Below are positions 40,896-54,569 of a stretch of 64,000 nucleotides of DNA, in pieces. The number at the start of each line of letters is the position of its first letter. Positions within the stretch are counted from its first letter, which is position 1. A model generated the notes under the pieces. It had not been told where the DNA came from. It saw only the letters and a list, made by a program, of their open reading frames with translations, and did not search any database. Source of the DNA: Octopus sinensis (Eukaryota); assembly GCF_006345805.1 (NCBI RefSeq), contig NC_042998.1:127844001-127908000 (forward strand), given 5' to 3'. The position numbers and the translations under genes were made by a program.

Positions 40896-42587
40896 ACTAG
40901 CAGATATACCCGGTGTTGCCCGTGTTACATGCAATTGAAGAACTAGACTTTTCTGTTATATTTTCTCTAATGAACTGGAATATCTATGATTCGAATTTCA
41001 TCAAAATTGCAGATGAGGGTTATTTCCCTCTTTACACACCCTAAAAAAATTGTAATCATGGTACATGTATGCTATACTACTGATTTTTATGCACAGATTC
41101 CAAAATTCCAGTCTTATAGAACCTGTTAAAAGGACTTTGCTCTTGAAAAATGGAGGTCATGGAGCTCTAAAATGTGGGGGTTAAGGCCCCTATTGGGGGT
41201 GGGTTTCTTAATGTCCGCCAGAGAAGTTGAATTTATGAGAATCTTTTTACCATGGGTCTTATATCTATTCTTTGAATTTCTTTAAAATAGGAAATATATG
41301 TATGTTCACTGGGTTTGTAAAAGAGAGCAAAGCTACAGGAAACCAAAAGACAAATGATCACAATAAGCAGTCAGCTACCGTACCCTCTTCGTTACCACTC
41401 CCAATGTAGGATTCCTCACCATACAGGTGACAGGCAAAGCTGTAAGATGCATTACGGATCTATAGCATTGGAAGTGCGTGACCCAACTGAAATCAACATT
41501 AACAACTGTATGACATGATGGCTAAGGAGAAATGAAAGTGTCACCTCTGGAGTTTGCAAATGACCACTATACTGATACGTAACTGGACAGAATAAATTTA
41601 CAATCTATAAATGTCTTTGCATAGCCAGTCACTCATCTGGGAAGGCCTTGAAATCAATGTTACCATCTGGGGACTATGTGCGACCCAGTGATAATAAAAA
41701 GACTGAAAGGGGGTCTGCAACCAAATGACTTTAATTAACACTTTGGAACTGAATCAGTGGAGGCAAAGATGCTTCTCATTTACTTGACAATTTATGCATT
41801 ACATTGTAGAAATCACAATCTAAGTATATCTCAAAGCAAACTCTTACACTGTTGTACCATTAAATTACAAATAATGTTCATCTTTTATGCTCGGGTGACC
41901 CTTCAGCTTCCAAGAGTATAACTGTATTCGTCTTTGCTTAGATAAAAGGACAAATTTGTGGGTGTTAAGTCCCCATGAAGGGGTCTTTCTAACTTGTAAG
42001 AAGATGAAATTTTATAAATATTACTTCATTTGTGTCTAATATCTATGGTTAAAATTTCGTCAACAGCCAAAATATATGAATTGTCATGGGGATTATGGCC
42101 CTTATGCATAGAATATAATTTCCAAATTTCGTAAAAATCCATTCAGTACTTTTGACCTAGTTTTGAATCATAAAAGAAATTACTAAAATTTGGGAGTTAA
42201 TGTCCCTATTAGGGCGTGTTAGAATCCTCATGAGAAGTGGAAACTTATACAATACTTCTTGATATGTGTCAATTACCCATGGTTGAAATTTCATCAACAT
42301 CGAAAATTGATGAATTTTTATGCGGGTTCTGCCCATTTTAAGCCATCTGAAATTCAAACCAGGCATATTGCATTATACTCGCCCTTATGCATTGAATCTA
42401 AGTTCCAAATATCATAAGGATCCATTCAGTAATTTTGGTCCATGAAATTGTATGAAACACACAGCATGACCCTTCTCCCTAGGCTTGGATTTTGTGTTCC
42501 AAATTTCATTAGGATCAGTGCAGCAGTTTTCGAATGTATATGTAACACACGAACACACATAAAGACATTGACTTTGATATAAAAGAT
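40896..42587 (+). mobile_element. probable Helentron-associated non-autonomous element (HINE/DINE-1-like)
   Basis: 5' ACTAGCAGATATACCCGGTGTTGCCCG; repeated CCAAATTTC.T.A..ATCC blocks; 3' AAATTTCATTAGGATCAGTGCAGCAGTTTT..(AC)-rich..ATATAAAAGAT. Pattern recalled, not searched. Confidence 0.5.
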
Positions 42588-42651
42588 ATGAATATGCACA
42601 TATACATACAAGTATATTTGTGTGTGTGTATTATATATATATATATACAAC

Positions 42652-42738
<87 letters not shown>

Positions 42739-43299
42739 TATATATACACAAAGATAAATTGGTTGATACAAATGAGTGGGCAAACAAAAATACGAGACAC
42801 TGCCTAGTGCTTTTTTTTAAATTTTGATAAGCTTGGTACTTATTCTATCGGTTTCTTCTTGTGACGCCAGTAAGTTATGGAGATGTAAATAAACGAACAG
42901 ATAAAGATATTTGCTTAAGGATTCTGCTCGCTCGAATAGGAATCAAGCCGTACCTCCCTTCCCTAGTTTTGGACTAGTATCACAGAAAGTTGAAACTATG
43001 GACGACATTAAAGTTCGGTTCGGTTGCTCATACAGATAGTGATGTTGGTTAACGGTAACTCAAAACTAATCTCTCCGTTATACGATTCTCGCGTTTCTAC
43101 ACCAGTATTGTGTTCGACCGTGATCCATCCTGCACTTCCTACAATCACACAATCCAATCATGTTATCCTTCTCATGGGTAAAATTATTTTTTTATCTTTA
43201 AAATCTTTTAACATTTCTTTTATCTCCCAAACCATTCCATTTAATCAGGCTCCATTTCATATTTCTAGTTCTTTCTGAAAGTGGAGTGAGTATTGACTT

Positions 43300-43529
43300 A
43301 ACATATCCTTTCAGTACCATTAAACTCCCTCGACCGCCTCGACATTAGTGACAAAAGGTGCCTGTTACTTGGCTTAGAGTGCTTTCTTCTCAATTCTCTG
43401 ACCTCGTCTGCCGCTCTACCATTTCACGAAAGTTGTTTCATTAGCGTTAAGAATACATGTCTTACCTTAGTTCTGCAGAAACTGTAGACGTCATCATTCT
43501 TGGTGATATCAATCCACACAAATCCTGTT

Positions 43530-43530
<1 letters not shown>
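43300..43530 (+). mobile_element. possible APE-endonuclease remnant of an old LINE
   Basis: DVIILGDINPH (about 43488-43520) resembles the IILGDFN motif; little other support. Confidence 0.35.
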
Positions 43531-43618
<88 letters not shown>

Positions 43619-45454
43619 GGAGAAAGTAAAGAATTATTTGCTATTCTCAATTGTTTGTAACTTATTAACTTTTAATCCGTCTTTTTTACTTTTTACACAC
43701 TATTGGCTCCGGCCAGTGAACTGTGATGTGGTCAGGGAATCACCGCCATCGTCACAATTATTTTCCAAGACTAGTGTTTTAAGTATCTTTGAAGTCGCTA
43801 AACCAATTACATTTGTATCTCACGTAGAAGTATGACACACATATGTAGAACTGCACTGGTGATTCCCTCATAAACAATTTTGGCTACAAAAGAGAAAATA
43901 AAAGAGTTGCCGTTAGCCTATGAAGGCATTGTTTATTCATACTTTACTCTGTTTCTTACAACATCGTTGTTGGTTCTCTAAAGAAACAAACTGCATCTAC
44001 CCACCACTTTCAGCAAAACCAGTCCACCTGACTCAACACTTCTCGATCCTATACCCTCATGATCTACCCTTCTGAACCAGAATTTAATGCCTCCGGAATC
44101 TGTTTCAAGTCTAATACATTTCCAACACGAAAGTAATTTCGATGTATCGTTCTCAGTATTTTAGGAGTTACTACAAAAACAATGAGCACCTATTCACCTA
44201 CATCAAATATTTAAAGAAATTGAGAAATAAGGAGAAATGAGACTAAAATATAAATCTAAATTAAAACTGTAAAATTATTTTAATACAACCTTAATCCAAT
44301 CTATTGAAGTTAAGAGCATAAATATGAAAACTCGAAAGGGTGTCGTAGCATTCTATTTACACCATCTCAATGTTACACGGGCAACGTTATAATAAAGTAA
44401 TTATTGAGAAGCAGATTTAAACTGATTGGTTGCGTAACAAACTTAAGAAAAATATTTATTTATATATGTGAGGAAACATTATGATACAAACTAGACCATG
44501 TAGTCTATAGAATGAAGTATAATGATAGATTGAACACAGTGAAAGAAGAAAAAAAACTTAGAAAGATTAAATTCAAAGTTAATCTTTTTTTAAATGTTGA
44601 CGCAATATTTGACAAACAATATGTTACAGAGACTGAAGATGTATACGAACTCAATTACCAAAATTATAAAAGTGACAGAATTATAGAAGAGGATTTCAAT
44701 TTCTGGCTATGAGCATAAACAAACAAAGAGCCGGTATATTTTTAAGGCAGTCCATTTCACACTAAAGTAAAACATATACAGTTATAACTAAATAAATAGC
44801 TGCAAAGTTGCCAATACGTAAACACTTGATATATGTAAGCATCAAATGTTGTATGGCAATATTACTGCAATAATCAAGATATGAATGTCTAAATGGACAA
44901 GTAAGCAAAGATAACTATATTTTATAGCAAAAGACAGCTTAAAAGCTATGCTTCTAATAAATAACTCGAGTACTTCTCTCCAACTTACTATCCAGGAAAC
45001 TGTTGAAATCAAAATATATGGAATTCGAAATAGAAATAAGTTAATTACAGAATATCGAAAAATGGCTCTATTCATAATTGGTACACTGAGATTGAAGAAA
45101 ATAATAGGAATATGGATGACATAAATATCATGCTTTTGCTTGTATAGTTTACACACAATCCAAAAAACGTTTTAATAGTCACAACATGTATTCTGCATAT
45201 GTCCCCATTAATACAATAGTAACTTATACAACAGTCACTTTCCAGTGCTATGTAAACCTACCATATCAAACAAGTACAAAACTAAAATAAATCGGGAAAC
45301 AACGAAACTCCACAATACAGCAAATTGGATCTCAGAAAAAAAAAACAATTTCCCAATTCTTCGACCGAAATAGAATATGCAACAAAATATAAAAAGTTCA
45401 CTGAAGTACATCTGTGGTGGTGTATTGAAAACTTTTGCATAACACCCCGAAAAT

Positions 45455-45516
45455 TAATAATAATAATAATAAATAATAATAATAATAATAATAATAAATA
45501 ATAATAATAATAATAA

Positions 45517-45576
<60 letters not shown>

Positions 45577-45718
45577 AAGAAGAAGAAGAAGAAGAAGATA
45601 GCTGAAAAGAACATATAACATGGTACCGTAGGCTGCAGATAGCAAGACCGCTACGCATGAAAGATTCTAGGAGTTCCAAGAAAACTTGTGACGAAAAAAC
45701 AAAATAATAATAATAATG

Positions 45719-45772
<54 letters not shown>
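45455..45772 (+). repeat. (TAA)n/(GAA)n tracts enclosing a 90-bp LINE-like 3' stub (45600-45690)
   Basis: Direct reading; the stub weakly resembles an RLE C-terminal end. Confidence 0.7.
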
Positions 45773-46530
45773 GTGAAAAAGGATGGCAAAAGATGACTAA
45801 AAGAAATTTAAAACCGGAAATGGAGGCTCTGGTCTGTGCTACTCAAGATAAGCACTAAGAATCAATTACATCAAATACAGAATAGGCAACACATCAGAGA
45901 GTGATATGTGCAGAATCTGTGGACAAAATGGTGAAACCGTATAGTATATTACCAGTCAATGTACGTCACTAGCTCAGAAAGAATATAAGAGACATCATGA
46001 CATTATAGCAAGGATTGTCCATGGGACACTTTGAAATATGTATGAACTTGATAAAGCAAAAAAGTGATAAGAACATAAACACGGAGGCATCTTCGAAAAT
46101 GATAATGCAAAGATCCTTTGTGATTTTATGATTCATTGCGACCATGAGATAGAGTATAGGAAGCCAGCCATAGTATTAATTGAGAAAGCAAACGATGCTA
46201 GATGATAGATATAGTATGCCCAGCTCTCAACAAGGTATGCGATAAGATATGACAGGTTAGCTTGGGAGGTTAAGCATTTGTGGTAGTTTGAAAAGGTGGT
46301 AGTCATACCAATAATTGTCGGAGCGTTGGGAACTGTGAGTAAAAAATCTTGAGAAGTACATAGAACAAATAGGGGCTTGAACAAGGGTAGATCACTTGGA
46401 GAAAACAACACTGCTTGCAACCGCTCGAATACTCCGGATGGTGCTCGAAAAATAAGGGGTGTTACCTTAGTTCACTGATAATGAACAGCTGACACTGTAG
46501 TACATCTCCAGCTTTAAAAGCTGTGCAAAG
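45773..46530 (+). mobile_element. R4/Dong-like LINE 3' fragment (same subfamily as 34931)
   Basis: CRICGQNGETV, ILCDFMIHCDHEIEYRKP; 3' UTR nearly identical to 36260-36337; (TAA)n on both sides. Confidence 0.9.
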
Positions 46531-46548
46531 ATAATAATAATAATAATA

Positions 46549-46606
<58 letters not shown>

Positions 46607-46608
<2 letters not shown>

Positions 46609-47986
46609 TCCTTAGCAGTTCCAGTTGTTACTTATAGCTACAATGTGTTGAACTGGAATATGAGTGAAGTAAAGAATATAGATAGAAAAATACGCAAGCT
46701 GCTGAGTTGTAATAGGATGCACCACCCAAAGGCAGACGTAGATCGCCTTTACCTTCCCAGAGCCCAAGGAGGTCGAGGCCTGATCCAATTTGAACTAGCT
46801 TACAAAACAACCACAATTGGACTGGCCAAATATCTCGAAATATCGAATGACTGGATGCTAAAGCTCGTGGAAAATCACGAGAGACGAAGAAGCTTCATTC
46901 TATCATCAAGGAAAGCAAAAATTTGCTATTGATCTCGTGCAGGATACCCAAACTGAACAACCCGAGGGAAGTACGGCAACTATTGTTGCAAAGAAGGTGA
47001 AAATGATGGCAATGAAAAAAGCGCACGAGCAATTGGCTGATAGGTGGGAGGAGAAACCTCTGCACGGCAAATATGTGACCCGCAGCAAACAAGCTGATGT
47101 TGACCAGAAGCAAACCCATCAGTGGCTGCGGAGCTCAGGGCTAAAAGCAGAGAGCGAAGGTCTCATCCTGGCTGCTCAAGACCAAAGCCTATTAACCCGG
47201 AACTACCAGGCCAATGTGATGAAAAATGGAGCAGACCCAAAATGCCGATTCTGCAACGACATGATTGAAACAGTGGACCACCTAATCTCTGGATGTAAAG
47301 TCTTAGCACCAGTGGAGTATAAATTAAGACATGACAGAGTTGGCCAATATCTCCACTGGCTAATAAGTCGGCATTACAATATCAAAACTGCCGACAAGTG
47401 GTATAATCACCACCCTGAGGCTGTAACTGAAGGAGAAAATGTAACCATTCTGTGGGACTTTCCAGTACATACAGACCGAACCATCAAGGCCAATAAACCA
47501 GATATTGTTGTGAAAGACCAAAACAATAAAGTTTGCTTATTGATCGACATGAGCATCCCCTGTGATCATAATATCTCAGCGAAAGAGTTTGACAAGCTCA
47601 GAAAATATAAAAACCTACTCATTGAAATTGAGAAAATGTGGCATCTCAAGGCGGTTACAATACCAGTGATCGTAGGAGCACTAGGAATGATCAAGAAGGG
47701 AACCGAAAATTATATGAGAATGATCCCTGGCTTACCATGCGTGCAAGAAGTGCAAAAGATTGTCTTAACTGGTACATCACACGTATTGAGAAGAGCATTG
47801 TCGATGTGAGAACTGTTGCTGCTCATGTATTTTAATTTAACTTTAACAAAAAAAAAAAAAAAAAATGAACGAACTACTGAGTTTGGTTTAATGGCCTACC
47901 AATATACACTATGAGTTTCTTTGTCCTAGGAGTCGGGAAGACACTCGGCAAGAAATGGAAGAAAATTTGAAAGAAGAAAAAAAAAA

Positions 47987-47990
<4 letters not shown>
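46607..47990 (+). mobile_element. youngest R4/Dong-like LINE copy, 5'-truncated (thumb, CCHC, RLE, 3' UTR)
   Basis: 290-aa open frame 46937-47809 with CRFCNDMIETVDHLISGC and ILWDFPVHTDRTIKANKPDIVV..LIDMSIPCDHNISAKEFDKLRKYKNL; one upstream frameshift; TAA tracts on both sides. Confidence 0.95.
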
Positions 47991-48053
<63 letters not shown>

Positions 48054-48106
48054 GAAGATAATAATAGGGTTCTTCTAAGGGTAATCTTTTGGATTTCTCG
48101 GAGAAC

Positions 48107-48480
48107 AATTTATCGACCCCCGAAAGGATGAAAAGCAAAGCCGACCTCGGTGGAATTTTAACTCAGAACGTTGCGGCAGACGAAATATCACTAAGCTCTT
48201 CGCCCGCTGGCCGCCTTAGCAATAATAATAATCTTTTCTACTAAAGGTACAAGGCCTGTTTAATAATAATAATAATATTTTCTACTGGAAGCACAAATTT
48301 TGGGGAAGGGATCAAGTCGATTACATCAACTCCAGTACGCAACAGGTACTTAATTAATCGATGCCCGAAAATGAAAGGCAAAGTCGACCTCGGCTGAATT
48401 AGAACTCAAAACATAACGACGGGCGAAATACTGCTAAGCATTTCCTCCGGCGCGTTAACGATTCAGCAAGCTCGTCGCTT
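48107..48480 (-). mobile_element. two SINE family A fragments (48107-48218, 48301-48480)
   Basis: Reverse complement matches to family A. Confidence 0.8.
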
Positions 48481-48510
48481 AAAAATTTTTTTTTTAATTA
48501 ATAATAATAA

Positions 48511-48558
<48 letters not shown>

Positions 48559-48559
<1 letters not shown>

Positions 48560-49004
48560 GGGCTACAGTAAATATTCTACTCAATATCACAGATTTGCTT
48601 GTCAATTGTTTGACCTTAACCAGTTGAGCATGACAATATGTGTATCTCTGATCACGAGCAAAAGTAGTGGTGAAGTATCATAGACGTGTGTTGAAAGGAA
48701 TTCTTGGAAGTTTGGATAATTTACCTCTGAAAACATGGGTATTTCGTTCAACATCCTTAAACAATCCTTATTCAGGGACCTTTTTGAGCGGGATGGGCTA
48801 CTCGACCAGAATAAAATTCTAACTGGGCCCCACCTGCAAGGTCATGCGCTGTTTATCTTGATATGAGATCACCATGTTGCGCACATATGGTTATGATGCA
48901 TGTGCCTGGTGTACCCTTATCAGACGGGTAGTCATGATGGGTATACTGGGCTTCGTATATTTTACCCCAGTGTCACTTTGACGGCATGCATTGCTCTCTC
49001 ACTC
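48559..49004. mobile_element. 446-bp non-coding interspersed repeat flanked by (TAA)n on both sides
   Basis: Sharp boundaries in TAA tracts; partial second copy at 33194-33314. Confidence 0.7.
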
Positions 49005-49351
49005 AATAATAATAATAATAATAATTTTATTATTGCCATCAGGCCATTATCATATGATTACTATCAAAACGTATTGCTGAATAGTGAAGAAAAGAGTCTA
49101 ACATAAAATCGAAAAGACAGGCGGATAATTTATTACATGCGTACGTGAGCGTGTGTATGTGTGTGTGTTTGTGCGCGCGTGTACATAGATATACTTATGC
49201 GTGTGTGTGCGCGTTCTTTTATTTTTTATGTTTCAGTCATTTGACTGCGGCCATGCCGGAGCAGCACTTTTTGTCGAACAAATTCTTTGCAAGTCTAGTA
49301 CTTATTCTCTCCCCTTAAGAACATACACTCTCTCTTCCCCTGCTTCTCTCG

Positions 49352-49420
<69 letters not shown>

Positions 49421-49940
49421 ATACACATGCACACTGCTATTATAACAGTCTCAAGCGAAACGAACACGTAAGTATATATAATATAAGCAAAAGAATAAAT
49501 AACAGACGATGGATAAATGTTGTCTGTTATTTATTCATTTGTTTATAATACACCAAAAGGGATTCGCGACCCGTCGGACATCCTAGAGTATATCAAACAA
49601 CGTGTGATCAATGCAACCTGCGCTTTTGACCAGACTCTAAGCACTAAATACTCGTAGGGGTGGTTTTCCCTGTGCACACAACCCGATTATTTTACTGGAT
49701 GTATTTCAGTACCCAGTATATCTATTCGAAAGTACATTTCACCGTGCATTTTTTTTTGTGCATGTACGTATATAGATGCGATTTCTATGAGCATTTTTAC
49801 TTCCTTGTATACTTTCTCCCCTTCGGGTTTTCCCCTTATTTAAAGGACATTCTAATAGCTCTTTTGTCTTAATAACAGTCAATTACATAGTAATTTCCCT
49901 TTGTTTCACGCTCATTTTCATAGCATTTTTTGATTACCTC

Positions 49941-50001
49941 GATAACTGACGAGATGCCGAAGCAGGTTTCCGCCTCGACATCCGAAACTGGGAGTCTTAT
50001 T
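49941..50001 (+). ncRNA. type I hammerhead ribozyme motif with GUC site and long stem II
   Basis: GAUAA-CUGACGA-GAUGCCGAAGC(agguuucc)GCCUCGACAUC-C-GAA-ACU(ggg)AGU-C-UUAUU. Confidence 0.7.
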
Positions 50002-50114
50002 ATGGCAACTGAATCATTGTCACATATTATATTACAGATATATATATATATATATATACATCTGTTTGTTGTTTACACCACCTGTCTTTGTCTTTTGTTT
50101 TTTTGTGATTTCTC

Positions 50115-50143
<29 letters not shown>

Positions 50144-50148
<5 letters not shown>

Positions 50149-50847
50149 TATTTATATTCTCTCGTAAGCTCTACTGAAGACGAATAAATATTTTATGAGA
50201 TTAATTCCGAAATTGATTCAATATAGAGATAACGAAATTTAGATTTTCTAACGGTTAGCTTGCCCGACTTCAGTTCAATTTTTTTGTAGCGAGTGGATTA
50301 CATGTGGAAAATCAGCATATTGGCTTTGAAATAATTTTTCTTTGGCCCTTTCTTATAAGTTGTTTATAATTTTAACCGCAAAGGTATTTTAATATGCTGC
50401 CACATTTCTTGATGGACTTATTTTCTGTAGAGAAATAAAATTCATCCTATATTAGTAGTAGACTTATTACTACTCGCTATAGAGACTGGTAACCACTATA
50501 ATCTGTACTGGCGAGCAGTCAACACGTTGTTCTGAGGCTGACCAAAGAATTTTTATTTTAGATATAAATGGGGTACTTAAGTGTACTCATGTTTTTTGCT
50601 TCGGCTTTTTCCATGGGCGCGTGTAAGTATCTTATTTATATTCTCTCGTAAGCTCTACTGAAGACGAATAAATCTTTTATGAGATTAATTTCGAAATTGA
50701 TTCAATATAGGGATAACGAAATTTAGATTTTCTAACGGTTAGCTTGCCCGACTTCAGTTCAATTTTTCTGAAGCGAGTGGATTATAATGTGGAAAATCAG
50801 CATATTGGCTTTGAAATAATTTTTAATTAGCCCTTTCTTATAAGTTG
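50144..50847 (+). repeat. about 220-bp imperfect direct repeats (50144-50362, 50628-50847), pLTR-like
   Basis: 484-bp period; each copy has CTGAAGA...CGAAA with a degenerate HHR-like layout. Confidence 0.85.
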
Positions 50848-50858
50848 CATATACATAA

Positions 50859-50927
<69 letters not shown>

Positions 50928-51014
50928 TATATATATAATATATATATATATATTATATATATATAAAAGAAGTTTGAAAAGGCCACTATATAAGATAAAT
51001 TTTAATTTTCTTAG

Positions 51015-51068
51015 AAATCTTACATGTTTCGGTTCTTCTTGAAAAAACGAACCTTATCAAAAATATTT
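51015..51068 (-). ncRNA. type I hammerhead motif with U3-A8 covariant core
   Basis: Minus strand: AUUU-UUGAUAA-GGUUC(13 nt)GAACC-GAA-ACAUGU-A-AGAU. Confidence 0.55.
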
Positions 51069-54000
51069 TAACAAGTTAAGTGTAATAAAAAGTTCATTTT
51101 CAAACTTCTTTTTTATAAGTATATACCTTATACTTTTATAATTATACGACCTACACTTATTATATATATATAATGCAGCTGTTCGATTTCCAGTAATGCC
51201 ATGAGCAACAAATTTGTTCATTTAACACGTTGAATATTAAAAATCTGTAACAAATGTTGATATGAGTAAAAGTCTACCTCATGCTGCCTCTCTATGCAAT
51301 TGTGATTTGCACTTTGTTTCACCCAGTCCATCAACTCAACATCCTCCTAGTACCATAAAACTTATCGAATCCAAAATCTTCAAATGCATGACATAGGGGA
51401 TATTATAGGGATTTCCACGACTAAATAGCATCTGTCCCTATACTTTATCTCAATCAGTTGTGGTGGGTGGTTGATCTAGTGTTCACAAAAACCCTGCGTG
51501 CCGGCAAGATCAATATGTTATAATTAATGCTTGAGTGAGACGACACATTTTGGTCCTAATACATAGCAATTGTAATGACTAATCATCGAAGGAGCAAATT
51601 TGTCTGGACACATACAAGGTCTCGTCTTCATTGAGGCGTAAGGGGCACTATCGTTTTGAGAGTGAATATTAAGCTCCACACATGCACTTTTCGGTCAACG
51701 CAGCAGTAGGATTTTCTTTCGTCCTAGCATTTCTGATTAGACACTTTACTATTTAGTCCACTGTAGGAATTTTTCAATCTCTGCCTCTGGCAAGGCAAGT
51801 ACGCTGAATAGTAAAATTCATTCCTTGTGTGTTTACCTGAAGGTTTCGTTGTTTAGAACAAAGTGTTCTAACCAAGACTGTGAAGCTTGGAGAAGTCTAT
51901 TACCATAGTGATGGTGTGGTGATGAAGATGGTGGTGTTGACAGTGGGGGAAATGATGTTTCGTTTGCTGTTGTTGTGAGAGATAGCAGCTTATGCTAGAA
52001 ATTCAGAGGAAATTTCAGTGCTAGAAATTTAGAACGTTATTTGACTGATTCATTAAATTATGAACCCCAGAAGTATGTCATTTGAACTCAAAAATATGAA
52101 GGTATGCGACAAAATACCAAAGGAAAAATGCTTTTCAGCTGCCGTTCCTCCGAATTTTTTTATCCAAATTAACCAAAATGGCTTCTTTTGATCATAAATT
52201 AAAAAAGAACAATCATTTTTATGTGAGTTCAACTCTCCTATTACCTTTATTGTCAGAAATGATCAATTGTAATATCAACACCATGGTTATTAATGTATTT
52301 TTACTCTTCTGCCTCGGCTTCTTTCGTTTCATTTTCATGCCTTCGTTTTTTCTTATTTTGCTTTTATAGTAAATAATACATTACATGTGATTAATTTCAA
52401 ATAGAAACAGTTTTTTATCGTCCACGCAACCGATGTTGACAATAACAACGCATTCAAATACAAATTTGAGTTGAAATATTAAAAACAGAAACGAAAAAAT
52501 TAATCATCGTTTGATTTTTTTGTGGTTTTGTTTTTCCTCATAAAATCATACGCAAACAGAAACTAAGAGATACACAGATAAACTTATATACATAAAGTCA
52601 ACAAAAAATATATACAACTACCAGACATTGTTGATACTCATACAACCCAGTTTGCATGCGAACAGACAAACGGTTCAATTAAAGTAGAAATTTGTTCAAA
52701 GGAAATATTCTAATTCCTCCAAAACCACAAGGAAATAAAATGTATGAGAAGTAATTAATTGAAAAAAGAACTCTTCTGAATGACGTGTTTTGTGTTGTAG
52801 CCGCCATTCAAGAAGTTAAAGCCTTTGTTATAGTGAGAGTTGTTGATCTGTCTTGCCATTTCTATTATTTGTTTGTTTCGTTTTATTCAATAATTTCTCT
52901 TTCTTTGTGATGGCTTCCATTTTGATTGTTTCATTTTATTGTTTTATTTCATTATAATTAATCATTATTTTAATGTCCATAGCTCTCATTACAAGAACAA
53001 CAATTAATTTCTAAATATGATACATGATGTACTGGAAATACGATATGCGGAAATTTTCCGAGTTACGGGATTAAAACGTTTTTGAAGACTTGTATCGCGA
53101 AATCCCGTAATGCAAAATTGATTCTTCCATTGATTATCCCGTTATCTGGATAATGAAGAATGTGACTGCTATCATTTTCCAAGGCGAAGCGATCGTTTTG
53201 TGTGTGTGGGGGGGGGTCTGTGTCTGTGTCTGTGTGTGTGTGTGCGTGTGCGTGTATGTGTGCGTGTGCGTGTGTGTGTGCGCGTGTGTGTGTATAGAGG
53301 ATGAGAGAGCTAAACATGTGAAGATATATATATGTATATATACAAACTTAGTTAGAGAGGGAGAGTGAGAGAGACAGAGAGAGAGAGAGAGACTCAATAT
53401 TGCCGAGTGTTTAAGAATTTTGCTTTGCAATCTGAAGGTCCTGGGCTGATTTTTCAATACGTTGAGTCTTGGGCAGATAAAGCTTCGTGTGGTGCCAACC
53501 TTATCAATGAAATTGAGTTAGCTATGTGAAAGTCTGTTGAATGGATTGCTTTTATGGGTTGTGCTTCTACACCCCACCTTCACTATGGATAAATATCAGA
53601 AGTCTCTGCTTTATCATGGATGCAGAAAGAGACACTATGAGATTACTAGTTTAGTTAAGAAAGCTCACTCAACTGCTACAGACGTAGAAGAACCACTTAA
53701 GGGACTTCTTGGAAAAGGTTGAAAGCGAAGAAAACACGATATACTACAACACCAATAACAACAATATATCACAAAGACTAATGCATTCAATGATGTATCC
53801 ATAGCAACTCTAGAAATGGAGGAGAGTGCATAATCATGAACCCAACAAAGAATCTGACCTGCAAACCCAGCATCAAAGAGTCGAGTTTTAAGCCATTGTA
53901 TATCAAGTTGTCGGGCAATTATGCACTTACTTTAATGACGTAAATCGCCCATTTCTTTTTCTTTTCTTGATCGTATTAAAGGAAACTTTTGAAAGCAATA

Positions 54001-54231
54001 AGTTGATTTTGTTGGTGTATGGGTAGTAGTACTTTTTTAAAGTTATTAAATTTTGTTTTCACTTTCCAAAGTGTAACCATATTTGAGAAAATTTCTATAT
54101 ATTTACTTATCTTCTTACTTTTCATCTTTTCTAATCTGGCAGGGGTTTCGAACATTTTGAAAATATATTTACTATTACCTTTTGGCTAGGACAACCACCT
54201 AGTACACCAGAAGTGTCTATGTTGAATCATT

Positions 54232-54529
54232 AAAGAAGAAGAAGAAGAAGAAGAAGAAGAAGAAGAAGAGAAGGAGGAGGAGGAGGAGGAGGAGGAGGAG
54301 GAGGAGGAAGAGGATGAGAGGAAGAAGAAGAAGAAGAAGAAGAAGAAAGTGGAGAAGAAGAAGAAGAAGAAGAAGGAGGAGGAGGAGGAGAAGAAGAAGA
54401 AAAAAGAATAAGAAGAAGAAAAGAAGAAGAAGAAGAAGAAGAAGAAGAGAAGAAGAAGAAGAAGAAGAAGAAGAAGGAGGAGGAGGAGGAGGAGGAGGAG
54501 GAGGAGGAGGAGGAGAAGAAGAAGAAGAA

Positions 54530-54561
<32 letters not shown>

Positions 54562-54569
54562 AGGAGGAG
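54232..54569. repeat. compound (GAA)n/(GGA)n purine tract
   Basis: Direct reading. Confidence 0.95.

Noticed and set aside
53040-53180. Coding-looking stretch (..HILHYPDNGIINGRINFALRDF..)
   Set aside because: Short, runs into (GT)n, no recognised motif or splice sites.
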